Source of the DNA: a virus
Length of the DNA: 64,000 nt
Virus record (IMG/VR): IMGVR_UViG_3300025122_006404
Span: 1-64,000 of that record
Direction: 5' to 3' (one strand)
Part shown: positions 9,854-20,235 of the stretch, piece by piece
Layout: every line of letters starts with the position of its first letter
Position numbering within the stretch: position 1 is the stretch's first letter
Program-made: the position numbers and the translations under genes
Notes under the pieces: model-generated
Told to the model about the DNA's origin: nothing
Database searches by the model: none
The model's input: the letters and a program-made list of their open reading frames with translations, nothing else

Positions 9854-10149
9854 TGGGAAAATCAACTAAAACTTACGTAGACTTTGAAACTAAGAAGACA
9901 ATTCACTTCAATATCACTAGAGAGACTCACTCTCAATTGAGAATTGCATGTTTTAAACAAAAGTTGTCTATGCAAGAATTATTTGAAGAAATTTCACAAA
10001 AAATAGCTTCCGAAGATGCAGGAATGTTAAAGATTATGGATGCGTTATCGTTTAAAAAGAGAAATAAAATTATTAAAGATCTTTCTGTTTCTGATGCTGA
10101 GTCACTGTATAATGTTATTCAAGAGGAAAATCCATTATCAAAATTATGA
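9853..10149 (+). CDS. ribbon-helix-helix-like small DNA-binding protein
   Basis: KTIHFNITRETHSQLRIAC..LSMQELFEE pattern. Confidence 0.55.
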   Translation: MGKSTKTYVDFETKKTIHFNITRETHSQLRIACFKQKLSMQELFEEISQKIASEDAGMLKIMDALSFKKRNKIIKDLSVSDAESLYNVIQEENPLSKL

Positions 10150-10442
10150 ACAATTTACTTGATCAAATAAGAAATTTTATGAGTTCGAGTCAGGATTTAG
10201 AAAAGATTTCTGCCCTTTCTCACTCTAGCCTTGAGGAAAGAGTGGTATCACTAGAGGAAAAATTTTCTAATCTTGCAAAAGATATCACCGATAATAGAGA
10301 ACTTCTTCTTTTTCTTTCACAGATTCAATGTGACTTAGCAGGCGAGTATCATCTCTTAACAGGAGATATGGAAAAGTCTAAAAAATCGCTATCACTTCCA
10401 CTGTTTCCAATCAGGGATGATGATGATGATTTGATTAACTAA
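10146..10442 (+). CDS. hypothetical coiled-coil protein
   Basis: ATGA-coupled ORF with heptad pattern. Confidence 0.6.
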   Translation: MNNLLDQIRNFMSSSQDLEKISALSHSSLEERVVSLEEKFSNLAKDITDNRELLLFLSQIQCDLAGEYHLLTGDMEKSKKSLSLPLFPIRDDDDDLIN

Positions 10443-10464
10443 CATCAACAATTAGGAGTAAACA

Positions 10465-10878
10465 ATGTTAGAACTATTACAGGTATGCTGGAATTTAGTA
10501 GTTGATCTTACGCATGTGGCGTGGGATCTTGTTAGTGCTATGGTAGTGTTTTTAAGTGAGTTGCTTTATCATTTGCATGTGAGCTCTCCTCGTCTTGAGG
10601 GTCTTTTAGTCGGCGTTGGGCTGGCATGGCTCCTCTCTCGACGTGATCGTCACCCGCTATTGAAAGTGTTAAGCTCTCCCCTTAAGTTAGTGCTAGATGT
10701 AGCCGACCTTGTGTGGGATCAGTGCGTAGAGGTGCTAAAGGATCTCTGGTCAGTGGCAAAATCATGGGTCCGCAGAGGACTATCTTTATGTGTTGACCTG
10801 CTTAAAAGTGTGTGGTCGAAAGGGGTAGGGGTCTTAGTAGGACTTAAAGACAGACTTTTAAAATCCAAGGGAGAATAA
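10465..10878 (+). CDS. amphipathic/membrane protein
   Basis: AGGAG RBS; hydrophobic helices with repeated vWd motifs. Confidence 0.65.
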   Translation: MLELLQVCWNLVVDLTHVAWDLVSAMVVFLSELLYHLHVSSPRLEGLLVGVGLAWLLSRRDRHPLLKVLSSPLKLVLDVADLVWDQCVEVLKDLWSVAKSWVRRGLSLCVDLLKSVWSKGVGVLVGLKDRLLKSKGE

Positions 10879-11066
10879 TGAAAAAAGGAAAGCTAGATAT
10901 ATTTTTAGAAAAGCTTATTTCTAGAAAGTTATTGGTATTTCTTTCCGCGACTGGATTGATGGTATGGGATGGCCTTTCCTCAGAGACATGGGGAATGATA
11001 GCCATCGTATATATCGGATCTCAGGCTGCTGTGGATGCAATGAAAGTCTACCGACATGGGTCATAG
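10878..11066 (+). CDS. small two-TM protein, holin-like
   Basis: SRKLLVFL.. and WGMIAIVYIGSQAAVD hydrophobic segments. Confidence 0.55.
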   Translation: MKKGKLDIFLEKLISRKLLVFLSATGLMVWDGLSSETWGMIAIVYIGSQAAVDAMKVYRHGS

Positions 11067-11068
11067 TC

Positions 11069-11470
11069 ATGAATCGGGCAGCTGCTACATATTTTTTTAA
11101 AAGAGTAAAAGCTTGGATTAAAAAACATTGGCAGCTGCTCGTTGGCATTGCAATTCCTATTATTCTTTATGTGGTTACCCGTCGTCCGGTTGATCTATCT
11201 AAAATTGTAAAAAGAACGCGTGAAGATTACGAAAAAGAAATAGATGCTCTCTCTAAAAATTATGAAAGAGAAATTGAGCAACGAGAAGAAGCCCAGAAGA
11301 GAGCTATCCAGGTTATGAGAGAGATAGAAGAAAAATATAGAGAAGATAAGAAAGATCTGGATAGTAAAAAAAGAAAAGAAATTCAGGAGATTCTCAACAA
11401 GTATCAGGATGATCCAGATGCAATTACACAACAAATTTCTGAACTTACTGGGTTTAAGGTGAAAGCATGA
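11069..11470 (+). CDS. N-terminal TM plus coiled-coil protein (i-spanin-like topology)
   Basis: WQLLVGIAIPIILYVV followed by charged coiled coil; start moved to ATG 11069. Confidence 0.55.
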   Translation: MNRAAATYFFKRVKAWIKKHWQLLVGIAIPIILYVVTRRPVDLSKIVKRTREDYEKEIDALSKNYEREIEQREEAQKRAIQVMREIEEKYREDKKDLDSKKRKEIQEILNKYQDDPDAITQQISELTGFKVKA

Positions 11471-11922
11471 GAAATATAGTATCTTATTTTATACTAGCTA
11501 GTTTTTTTACAGTGATTGCTATCTTTCCTCGAACAGCCCACGGAGAAGAGTTGATTACAACACTTGATGAGGGAGAACCCGCACCTTTTGCAGGAACACT
11601 CTTTAACACAGAAGCAGCAGCTAGAATTCTATCGGAGCTTAAATTTACCGAGGAAATGTGTAACCTAGAAATAGAAAGGGAAGTAAGCCTAAACAGCGCT
11701 GAAATGCAACTTCAGGTTGACACCCTGTCAGCCAGACTAGAAAGCTGTGAAGCACGATATGAAGATATTTTAGTTATTAAAAATAATCATATTAATTTTT
11801 TAAGTGATGAACTCGCTGTCTCTCACAGACCTCGAGCAGAGATATGGTTAGCAGCCGGTGTTGTAGCGGGCATCGCCGTTACAATGGGATCAGCATGGGC
11901 TATGGGGCAGATGAATAATTAA
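11467..11922 (+). CDS. signal-peptide protein with coiled coil and C-terminal TM
   Basis: signal peptide ..TAHG, GEPAPFAGTL, C-terminal WLAAGVVAGIAV. Confidence 0.65.
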   Translation: MRNIVSYFILASFFTVIAIFPRTAHGEELITTLDEGEPAPFAGTLFNTEAAARILSELKFTEEMCNLEIEREVSLNSAEMQLQVDTLSARLESCEARYEDILVIKNNHINFLSDELAVSHRPRAEIWLAAGVVAGIAVTMGSAWAMGQMNN

Positions 11923-11965
11923 CTTAGTTTCTCTTTTTATATGTTTAAAAAGACAATCCGAATAT

Positions 11966-11973
11966 TATTTATA
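11966..11973 (+). promoter_or_regulatory. class II motif TATTTATA
   Basis: 5 nt upstream of ATG 11979. Confidence 0.5.
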
Positions 11974-11978
11974 ATGTT

Positions 11979-13868
11979 ATGCAAATTATCGTTAAGAAAA
12001 AAGCACTGCAAGAGTTAATTTTAAAGCTTGTATCTAGACCTAATAGTAAAAAGATTTTAGAAATAGTTGATGCTCATTCAACTAATATTGCAGAAATACC
12101 TGCCAAAGCCGATGAAACTCCAATAGAGCCCACGCCTCAGATGGCACAGCAACTTTCAACAGATGTTCCTCCGGTGGATGATTCTGAATATTTGCCGCCT
12201 AACAGTGTAGATTTATCAAAAGCTGCATCAGCAATTGCAAAAGAAGTTCCTTCCGGACAGATTGAATTTTTCTATAGAATGTTACACAAAATTCTGGATA
12301 AAGCGGTAGAGAAGCATCAGTTTATAAAGTATACGGGAGCAAGTCTCAATGAAAATGATGAACCCAATGTGGAACCCGATCTGAAGCAAAGGAGATCTCC
12401 AGCTTCATATGAACACTACTATGAGAACTATATAGATGATATTATTAGTGAGATCATTAAGGGAAAGTATTATAAGCTTGGAGACACTCAGAGAGTAGCT
12501 ACTGCAGATGAGGTGTATGAAGTCATCGAAAATTCAAGGCAAAGCTTTAAAGTTAATAAGCTAATTAAGGATGCTATAGCAGCTACGGGACATAATGAAC
12601 ATACCATTATTCTTGATGTAGGTCGTCGACTTGTTCATGGGAAGGTGGTGAAACCAACAGACACATCAGTTTCACTTGAGATTACATCTGAAATGGCATC
12701 AAATATTATTATTGATAAGCTTTTTGATGAATCAGAAGAAAATATAGAGAAATTTACAAAACTGGTCCAGGCAGAAATTGAAAAAATAAAAAATGTTGAT
12801 ATTCATACTTTTTCTATTACTGGTCTGGGAAAATTTTCAATTCCTGGAGAAAAATTTGCTGATGAGCTTGAACAATCTCGCAAGGATAAAGTCAAGGTGC
12901 ACACGATTCAACAAAGTGTTCCAGATGAAGAAGAAGATGAGATTGAGTTTGATATTGAGTCAGCTCTTTTTGACAAACCCGTCGAAGAGATAACAGACGA
13001 GGATCTTGAAATCTTAAGACCCGTCATATTTGTTGAGATTGCTCGGGATCCCGAATTGCGACGTGAGATGATTTCAGTTCTTGCACAATCTGATGCCTCT
13101 GGAGGACTTGCAGGAGAGCTCGGAAGAAATTTGCAACGCAGGCTTTTAGAGTTAATTTACGTGGAGTATAGCGGAGAGGACATATCTCAGGTGATGAAAC
13201 GACCTGCTGCTGTTAATTCCATCCGAAATGTTTACTATGACTTTATGAAAAGACTGGGAGAATATCCTCCTCCTGCAGGAAGAACAATGCCTGTGGTGGT
13301 TGATCCTGAAAAAGCAGGGACAGTGGGTAAAATGGGATCTCTAATACATAAAAATCTCCTGAGCCTATTAATGACTAAGGATGGAAAGAACACTATTCAA
13401 AAGATAAATAATATTTTTACCAAGTCGGGCCTTTCACCAGTGGCCTTAAACAAGCTTGATTCAAACTTTAAGGAAATTTCAGCTCTTCCTCAAAATTCAT
13501 CGGAAAAATTACTGACACAGGGCTATATGTCAGCTATCTTAGACGATATCTACGCAGATGATTCTGCCGTTTCAATTGTTACTACATGGCATGAAATGGA
13601 GGGAGGAGATCCTCACAGTTCAGAAAATTCCCGTCACGGAGAAATAATAAGAGACTTAAGCCAGAATATTTCTACCATTGATAACGCAGATTTGCAACGA
13701 ATCGTTGCTAAAGCCGCTAAAAATGCTATAAGCAGAAAGAAAAAAGTGGATAAGATCGAACTAGCGAGAAAGTCAAATGAGGAAAAAGACGTCTCTGATG
13801 AAGATATTGCTTATGCTTTTGAAAAGGCCATGGCAGCCTCAAAGAAAAAAGCCGGGATTTCATCATGA
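11979..13868 (+). CDS. large hypothetical protein, putative virion-associated
   Basis: 629-aa ORF; ALQELILKLV..KILE N-terminus. Confidence 0.75.
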   Translation: MQIIVKKKALQELILKLVSRPNSKKILEIVDAHSTNIAEIPAKADETPIEPTPQMAQQLSTDVPPVDDSEYLPPNSVDLSKAASAIAKEVPSGQIEFFYRMLHKILDKAVEKHQFIKYTGASLNENDEPNVEPDLKQRRSPASYEHYYENYIDDIISEIIKGKYYKLGDTQRVATADEVYEVIENSRQSFKVNKLIKDAIAATGHNEHTIILDVGRRLVHGKVVKPTDTSVSLEITSEMASNIIIDKLFDESEENIEKFTKLVQAEIEKIKNVDIHTFSITGLGKFSIPGEKFADELEQSRKDKVKVHTIQQSVPDEEEDEIEFDIESALFDKPVEEITDEDLEILRPVIFVEIARDPELRREMISVLAQSDASGGLAGELGRNLQRRLLELIYVEYSGEDISQVMKRPAAVNSIRNVYYDFMKRLGEYPPPAGRTMPVVVDPEKAGTVGKMGSLIHKNLLSLLMTKDGKNTIQKINNIFTKSGLSPVALNKLDSNFKEISALPQNSSEKLLTQGYMSAILDDIYADDSAVSIVTTWHEMEGGDPHSSENSRHGEIIRDLSQNISTIDNADLQRIVAKAAKNAISRKKKVDKIELARKSNEEKDVSDEDIAYAFEKAMAASKKKAGISS

Positions 13869-14293
13869 TACTAAGAGATCGATGTCTATTAGCAAAGTTT
13901 GATCGAAGTGAGTCCGATCAGGAAAGAGTCCGAGATAGTACTTTACCCCACGGTCTCACTAACCTGACGGAGTCTATTGATCAAGATCTTCCCATATCAG
14001 TTCAAAAACCTACTTGGTCACTTCTCGAAAATCCTAACAGGATTTTTCGAAATTTTAAATTTGATAACATTAAAAGCCTGGAAGACTTTACAATGGAGTT
14101 AATAAGCTATCAGGAAAGTGTGGGTCATCACGCTAAAATTATAATAGAGAATTTAAATATCGGTATTGAGACGCATACCCATAATTTAAATGAAGTAACT
14201 GAGCTTGATTTAGAGCTTGCTAAGTTTTGTGATCTTCTTTACGAGGATGTAAAGCACTATTATTCACGAGATGAAGAGGACCAATCCTTATGA
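13865..14293 (+). CDS. pterin-4a-carbinolamine dehydratase-like protein
   Basis: W..L..P.RI.R.FKF, GHHAKI, THTH..N.VTELD..LAK. Confidence 0.78.
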   Translation: MILRDRCLLAKFDRSESDQERVRDSTLPHGLTNLTESIDQDLPISVQKPTWSLLENPNRIFRNFKFDNIKSLEDFTMELISYQESVGHHAKIIIENLNIGIETHTHNLNEVTELDLELAKFCDLLYEDVKHYYSRDEEDQSL

Positions 14294-14694
14294 AAGACAG
14301 TTCTATTTATATGAGTGACTCCATTGCAGATAAAGTTGATACTCGTCAATTTTATGAATCTCCAGATTTATCCGATAAAATTATAAGTGTAATCGCGTGT
14401 AGTATTGAAACGACGAGTGACAGATATTTAATCGACTTAATCTCATTTGAAAAAACAACAGATAAAGTTGAGTCCACTATAACTCTGACGTTTGATTCAG
14501 AAGCTACTCTTCTAGCTGATTTAATGAATCCTAAAAATATTCTTCAGGCAACGTTGCTGCATGGTGACAGGGAGATGCTTAATATTTCAGGAGATAAAAT
14601 TTCTGAAATTAAGAATCTTAAAGGTCTCTCGATTGGAATAAATCTCTATAGGGTGGAACTAACAATGCTATTACTAAAGGAATCAAATAATTAA
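14290..14694 (+). CDS. hypothetical protein
   Basis: ATGA-coupled ORF. Confidence 0.6.
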   Translation: MKDSSIYMSDSIADKVDTRQFYESPDLSDKIISVIACSIETTSDRYLIDLISFEKTTDKVESTITLTFDSEATLLADLMNPKNILQATLLHGDREMLNISGDKISEIKNLKGLSIGINLYRVELTMLLLKESNN

Positions 14695-14710
14695 TAAGGA
14701 GGGTGATATA

Positions 14711-14896
14711 ATGGCAAAATTAAATTTTGATAAATTTATAGAAGATATTTGTAATCGTGAAAAGTCAAATCAGGAAAACTTAAAAAAGATGACTGAAGAG
14801 AAAGAAGAGCTTCCTCAAAGAAGGTACAATAGACTTTATCGAGAAGCGTGGCAAAATTCGATTAGATTTGTCTCTAGAGATGGTAAGAAAAAGTGA
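14711..14896 (+). CDS. hypothetical protein
   Basis: AGGAGG RBS. Confidence 0.6.
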   Translation: MAKLNFDKFIEDICNREKSNQENLKKMTEEKEELPQRRYNRLYREAWQNSIRFVSRDGKKK

Positions 14897-15516
14897 AAGC
14901 AATAAAGGCAAATACTGCTACTGAGCTTGAAAGTTTTTTAAGAGTCTTAGCTGAAGAAAGTGTTAAGAAATCTAAAAGGACACTAGAGTCTGTAGATCCA
15001 GAGCAGAAATACTTTGTTGATAAAATTCAACAAGATTCACAAATATTTCTGGAGGATGAAGCAGAGGAAGTCAGTGTCAATGTGGACATTCCCGATGTAT
15101 CGTCTGAAACTGAGTCAGATATCTCCTTTATTAATCTTAGGGATGAACTTAACACCATAAGGAGTGGTAGATCTTTAAGGGATAAGGAGACTCGGCAACA
15201 GCTAGAGAAATATTTCAATGATCTAGATGTAAATGAAAAAGAGACTCTAATTGTTTTTCTTAAGTCAATTGCAGGAATTATGACAGACGTCCTTTCCAGT
15301 CAAAATGCTCCAGACCCAAGTGATCCTCCCACCTCTGTTAAAATGAGTAAGAAGGGAGAACCCACATCGCCTTCCCCCAGCTCTGGCAAAGCCGACCCCA
15401 GACCTCCTAAAAAATCTCAAAGGGAGCCAGCTGACATGCCGCCAGTTCAAGTGGGGTCGCCCCAGGTCACCGAGTCTTTAAGAAAAAAAGTTAGAGAATT
15501 AATGCGATCTTATTAG
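14893..15516 (+). CDS. hypothetical protein, putative virion-associated
   Basis: FLRVLAEE N-terminus, Pro-rich linker, C-terminal VTESLRKKVRELM. Confidence 0.7.
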   Translation: MKAIKANTATELESFLRVLAEESVKKSKRTLESVDPEQKYFVDKIQQDSQIFLEDEAEEVSVNVDIPDVSSETESDISFINLRDELNTIRSGRSLRDKETRQQLEKYFNDLDVNEKETLIVFLKSIAGIMTDVLSSQNAPDPSDPPTSVKMSKKGEPTSPSPSSGKADPRPPKKSQREPADMPPVQVGSPQVTESLRKKVRELMRSY

Positions 15517-15553
15517 TTTTCATTTTTAAAATTTTTGTTATAATTTTAGTGAT

Positions 15554-15766
15554 ATGATTAAAAGAATAATAAAGCTTCCTGCAGGCGGCGAACTTGAAAT
15601 TGAGTATGAAGATGAGTTTCTCTTAAAGATAAGGGAAGGTCTTAATCTCAATAGCATAGATGAGATAACAGACTCACACATTAGAGAGTTTATCTATCGT
15701 GCCGGGATAACAGCTGTAGAAAAAGCAGAAAAAGAAATGGCCGAAGAAGAAGAAAGTCAATTTTAG
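15554..15766 (+). CDS. hypothetical protein
   Basis: ORF after TATAAT at 15539. Confidence 0.6.
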   Translation: MIKRIIKLPAGGELEIEYEDEFLLKIREGLNLNSIDEITDSHIREFIYRAGITAVEKAEKEMAEEEESQF

Positions 15767-15790
15767 ATAATAATTATATTGAGGTGAATA

Positions 15791-16099
15791 ATGTCTCAAA
15801 ATGATTTATTAAGACTTGCTATCCGACAATCAATCAAGGAAGCTCTTGAAAAGCCTGTGAGAAAGTTTATGACACTCGAAGGCACGGAGGTGGAATACGG
15901 ATCCCAATCTCACGTAGACGAGTATGAGCAGACGATAAACGAACTAGTGAATATTAGAAAACAACTAAAAAGATCTGATAGAAAAGAACAAGATAGAATA
16001 ACTCGATGCTTAGAAAGTTTAAGACATCTCAGAAAAAAAGCATATAAGCTAGGATTGAGTTCCGGATTGATTCAGGAAACTGATGATCAGGAAAAATGA
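15791..16099 (+). CDS. hypothetical protein
   Basis: GAGGTG RBS; LLRLAIRQSIKEALE motif. Confidence 0.65.
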   Translation: MSQNDLLRLAIRQSIKEALEKPVRKFMTLEGTEVEYGSQSHVDEYEQTINELVNIRKQLKRSDRKEQDRITRCLESLRHLRKKAYKLGLSSGLIQETDDQEK

Positions 16100-17111
16100 C
16101 ATTCTGAGAAGATATGTTCAGATTATTTTACACGAAGGTGGATTAAAATCATCAAAGACAGCCGGAGTTAAATTAGATCCAGCAGCTGTCAAAAAGACTG
16201 TTGAAATTTATGAGGATATTTTCAGACAGTGGAATGATTATCTTGAATCAAAAGGTTTTCTTCCCGTCGAGCTCGTTGGTCCAACTGGATCAACCTATTA
16301 TTATCAGAAAGATGCCATAGAAAATCCTGAAATATCGTATGGAGACACTGATTATCTCGTTACACTTAGTGCGACAGAGGCAGAAAAATCTGCTGTGCAA
16401 TCTGAATCAGATAGAAAAAAATTCAACAGGGATCTTCTAAAGAAGTATGAGAGCTTACTTGTAAAATTTCTTAGAGAAAAAAGACCAATTTTAGTTGATG
16501 TTGAGGAGACCACAAGATCTGTTCCCTGGATGTTGATTCTTAAAGTACCCGAAGTGGGACATGTTCAGGTGGATACAGTTATAACTTTTCCCGATAATGT
16601 TGACTGGATGCGAGGGAGATATACTCCCGAAAGAGGAAAAAAGGGATATACCATCGGACTTATTTACACGACCCTGGGCAATCTTTTGACTCTCGAGGCG
16701 GGAACCTCTGGTGTGATATCAAAGACGAAGGATGGAAAAAGGGTTTCTCGAATTGGAAAGGGTGTAGAGTCGAATTTAGTGTCAAGGGATCCAAGAAATT
16801 TTTTAATGCACATTGCACACTATCTCGGAGAAGATGATGTTAAAATTGACAAGTCACTCATTGATCATCCCGGGGTTGATCCTAACAATATTAAAATTTC
16901 GGATCTGGCAGCCGGAATAAAAGGCTTAATAAAAACGCTGTATCCCACAAACTATAGGGAGCTCTTAAAGGACTTTATTGATGATTATGCTACTCGACTA
17001 GAGGCTACAATTCAAAAAAAGCTTGCCAGAGGAATGCCTGAAGAAAAAGTTCCGATGCTGAGAGATCTAAATAGCGAAGTAATTAGCATTGTTTCTAGCA
17101 TTTTTATGTAA
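16083..17111 (+). CDS. Pol-beta superfamily nucleotidyltransferase with N-terminal LRxxV..LxE leader
   Basis: GPTGS..YGDTDYLV..HVQVD (hG[S]..DxD..D); leader ILRRYVQIILHEGG. Confidence 0.65.
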   Translation: MIRKNDILRRYVQIILHEGGLKSSKTAGVKLDPAAVKKTVEIYEDIFRQWNDYLESKGFLPVELVGPTGSTYYYQKDAIENPEISYGDTDYLVTLSATEAEKSAVQSESDRKKFNRDLLKKYESLLVKFLREKRPILVDVEETTRSVPWMLILKVPEVGHVQVDTVITFPDNVDWMRGRYTPERGKKGYTIGLIYTTLGNLLTLEAGTSGVISKTKDGKRVSRIGKGVESNLVSRDPRNFLMHIAHYLGEDDVKIDKSLIDHPGVDPNNIKISDLAAGIKGLIKTLYPTNYRELLKDFIDDYATRLEATIQKKLARGMPEEKVPMLRDLNSEVISIVSSIFM

Positions 17112-17134
17112 TTTTATCAAAATTGTGGTAAAAT
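17106..17134 (+). promoter_or_regulatory. class I promoter ATGTAA-N17-TAAAAT (TGG extended -10)
   Basis: conserved motif and spacing, upstream of helicase RBS. Confidence 0.65.
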
Positions 17135-17151
17135 TAAAAAGGAGATGTTAG

Positions 17152-18762
17152 ATGGAATATTCTCAATTTTTTCCTTATTCTGAGATAAGGGAAGCTCAAA
17201 AGGATGCAATTGAGTTCTGTCTCGATGCTTTTCTTAATAAGAAAAAGAGATTTGTCATCATTGAGGCAGGAACCGGCGTGGGAAAAAGCGCAATAGGATA
17301 TACCATATCCAAGTGTCTTTATGAGAAAATGAATGCTGAAGAGCTTTATGCCCAGGGATCGTGGTATGTGACAACACAAAAAATCTTACAGGATCAGTAT
17401 GTAAGAGATTACTCTCAGCTCGGAATGAAATCTATTAAAAGTTCTTCCAATTATCAGTGTAAATTTAAAAAGAAAAATACGTGTGCCGACAGTCTCAAGG
17501 AGCTACGAGCTGAGGAAAAAGGAACTAGATTCTGGAATGCATGTATGATTAACTGTATGTATCGAAAGGAAAAAGAAAAATTTCTCGGATCGCCGGATAG
17601 TGTGACAAATTTCTCTTATCTTTTAACAGAGGCAACGTATTCTAAAAAGATAGGCCCTAGAAATCTTCTAATAATTGATGAAGCACACAATGCAGAAACG
17701 GAATTAAGCAAGTTTATTGAAATAACTGTCACCGAGAGATTTTCAAAGTCGCTACTCAAGATTTCCATTCCAGATCTTAAAACCCAATATCAGTCTCATC
17801 GATGGCTTCGAGACGTATATTATCCAAAGCTCTCCTCATATAAGAAACATGTCTCTGAGCTACTAGAAAAGCATCACGGACTTAAGTCAAAGATAGCTGA
17901 ATTCGTGTCTTTGGCTCGTCAGCTTGAGCTTTTAGACGGTCACTATGAAAAAATTAAAAGATTTTTAAGTATCTATGACAAAGAGAACTGGGTGTGTGAT
18001 ATTGTGGACAAGCACGGGAAAAAGAGTAGGAGAATTCAATTTAAACCAATTGACGTATCCCCTTATTCTGAGCAAATTCTTTTTAGACTTGGAAAAAATA
18101 TTCTTATGATGTCTGCCACAATCCTCGATAAGGAGGCATTCTGTGAATCCCTGGGAATTTCTAGAAATGAGGCAGAGTTTATCTCTCTTCTTTCACCCTT
18201 TCCTCATAAGAATCGACCAATTATTGCCGCGTCAGTGGGAAGAATGTCAGCTTCAGAAATTGATAAGACACTTCCCAAGCTTTGTGTTGCTGTTAAGGAA
18301 ATACTAAAACAACATAAAAATGAGAAAGGAATTATTCACTGTCACACCTTTAAAATTGCCAACTACCTTAAGCAAAATATTAGATCATCTAGATTGTTGG
18401 TTCATAATAGTGAAAATCGGGATAAAGTTTTAAAAGAGCACATAAGCTCTGAGAAACCGACTGTCCTTTTATCTCCTTCGATGACTGAGGGTGTGGATCT
18501 TGTGGGTGATACTAGTCGATTTCAAATCATCTGTAAGGTGCCATATCCCTATTTGGGAGATAAGCTTGTTAAGAAAAGAATGAATAAGTGGGAGTGGTGG
18601 TATCCTTTAAAGACGGCAAAAACAATTGTTCAAGCTGCAGGAAGAAGTGTGAGAAACATGGACGACTATGCTGTAACTTATATTTTAGATTCAGACTGGA
18701 GAAGATTTTATGGTAGAAATAGAAGATTTTTTTCAGATGATTTTAAAAAGTCTATTATTTAG
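17152..18762 (+). CDS. DinG/XPD-like SF2 helicase
   Basis: AGTGVGKS, LQDQY, four-Cys cluster, IDEAH, MSAT, EGVD, KVPYP, QAAGRSVR. Confidence 0.92.
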   Translation: MEYSQFFPYSEIREAQKDAIEFCLDAFLNKKKRFVIIEAGTGVGKSAIGYTISKCLYEKMNAEELYAQGSWYVTTQKILQDQYVRDYSQLGMKSIKSSSNYQCKFKKKNTCADSLKELRAEEKGTRFWNACMINCMYRKEKEKFLGSPDSVTNFSYLLTEATYSKKIGPRNLLIIDEAHNAETELSKFIEITVTERFSKSLLKISIPDLKTQYQSHRWLRDVYYPKLSSYKKHVSELLEKHHGLKSKIAEFVSLARQLELLDGHYEKIKRFLSIYDKENWVCDIVDKHGKKSRRIQFKPIDVSPYSEQILFRLGKNILMMSATILDKEAFCESLGISRNEAEFISLLSPFPHKNRPIIAASVGRMSASEIDKTLPKLCVAVKEILKQHKNEKGIIHCHTFKIANYLKQNIRSSRLLVHNSENRDKVLKEHISSEKPTVLLSPSMTEGVDLVGDTSRFQIICKVPYPYLGDKLVKKRMNKWEWWYPLKTAKTIVQAAGRSVRNMDDYAVTYILDSDWRRFYGRNRRFFSDDFKKSII

Positions 18763-18767
18763 GGGAT

Positions 18768-19403
18768 TTGATGGCATTTTTCTTTACGAGCGATCTTCAT
18801 TTCGGACACAGAAACATCATTGACTTTTGTAATCGACCGTTCAATTCAGCAGATGAGATGAACAGAGAGATGATTAAACGGTGGAATGATAAGGTTTCAA
18901 ACAATGATACTGTTATTGTTGTGGGAGATGTGTTTTTATGCTCTACACGAGAGGGAGAGGAGCATGTTAGACAACTTAATGGAAAGAAAATTTTAATCAA
19001 GGGTAATCATGATAGAAGCACTAGTGTGATGAAAGAGTGCGGATTTGATGAGGTTCACAAGCAGATGGACTTTTATCTGCCAGACGGTCGGAAGTCTCTC
19101 GTTAAGCATTATCCGGTTCCTAATTGTTTTCTTAAGGGATACGATGTTATGATTCACGGCCACATCCATCTCGCCCCTAAAGTAAGAGGGAAGCACATTA
19201 ATGTGAGCACAGACATGTGGAATTTTTCACCAATTAGTCTGTTTGAAATTCAGGATCTCTCTTTGGAAACGCCTACTCCGGATTCCTGTGAATTCAAAAT
19301 TAATGAAAATAGAATTCAAATTTCAGGAGAGTTTCACATCGATGATTTTTCTGAGATAATAGATAAAGTCTATTCAGAGGCTTATTCGTTGAGAAAATCA
19401 TAA
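18768..19403 (+). CDS. calcineurin-like metallophosphoesterase
   Basis: SDLHFGH, GD, GNHD, HYP, HGHIH. Confidence 0.9.
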   Translation: MMAFFFTSDLHFGHRNIIDFCNRPFNSADEMNREMIKRWNDKVSNNDTVIVVGDVFLCSTREGEEHVRQLNGKKILIKGNHDRSTSVMKECGFDEVHKQMDFYLPDGRKSLVKHYPVPNCFLKGYDVMIHGHIHLAPKVRGKHINVSTDMWNFSPISLFEIQDLSLETPTPDSCEFKINENRIQISGEFHIDDFSEIIDKVYSEAYSLRKS

Positions 19404-19410
19404 ATATTTA
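19404..19410 (+). promoter_or_regulatory. class II motif ATATTTA
   Basis: 14 nt upstream of ATG 19425. Confidence 0.55.
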
Positions 19411-19424
19411 TATTGGAGAGCTAA

Positions 19425-20234
19425 ATGAAGCTAGGACTTTACGGAGGAGGGTTTAAACCCTTCCATGCGGGACATTTTTCGAAGCTAAAGCTTGCGCTAG
19501 AGAGCAATGATAGGGTTTTTTTATTTTTTGGAATTCAGAAACAAGGGTATAGCAAGATCACAGGAAAAAAGACAGCTACAAAATTTAGACCTTTTGGTTC
19601 GGATCGAGGCGCTCGGAGATACAATGAACAAATGCAGGAAGCAATTTTTGCAATTTACGAAGAGGTCCTAGAGGAAAACTTTCCAGATAAGCTTGATGCA
19701 ATTGCTATTCGAGGCACTTCACCGATGGCAGAAGTAAATCGAGTTTTAGATATGTTTGCTAATACTTTGATAAATGGAGAAGAGATCTCGTATAAGGGTG
19801 TAAATCTGATGAACGTTGATGAAATAAATGTTTATGGCGGGGATGAAGACATCAAAAACCAGGTTATTGGATCAATCAAGAGACGAGAGATGGGTGATAA
19901 CCCAGTGGGGAAAAAGCTCGCAAGTCTTATGGATGCCCCATCAGATCCAAAAATATCCTTTAATAGCGGATATCATCCTTCCACTCCCATCGAGAAGACT
20001 GAAATTCACGGAGATCATATAAGAAACTATTTAGCAATAGGCCAAGAGGAAAAGGTAAAAGATAATCTTCCCAATATCACCGGAGATCCTAAGTTTGACG
20101 ATCAGGTAAAGGAAAGAATTATTACGGCACTAAAGGCTGAATATTCAATTCCTGAATATCAGCCAAAAACTCAGGATGAAGAGCTGGAAGAGATCTATCT
20201 TCGCGCGCTAATTAAAGGAATGATTAGAGGCTGA
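19425..20234 (+). CDS. HxGH nucleotidyltransferase-like protein
   Basis: LYGGGFKPFHAGH, YGGDED, IHGDHIR; C-terminal EIYLRALIKGMI. Confidence 0.75.
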   Translation: MKLGLYGGGFKPFHAGHFSKLKLALESNDRVFLFFGIQKQGYSKITGKKTATKFRPFGSDRGARRYNEQMQEAIFAIYEEVLEENFPDKLDAIAIRGTSPMAEVNRVLDMFANTLINGEEISYKGVNLMNVDEINVYGGDEDIKNQVIGSIKRREMGDNPVGKKLASLMDAPSDPKISFNSGYHPSTPIEKTEIHGDHIRNYLAIGQEEKVKDNLPNITGDPKFDDQVKERIITALKAEYSIPEYQPKTQDEELEEIYLRALIKGMIRG

Positions 20235-20235
20235 T

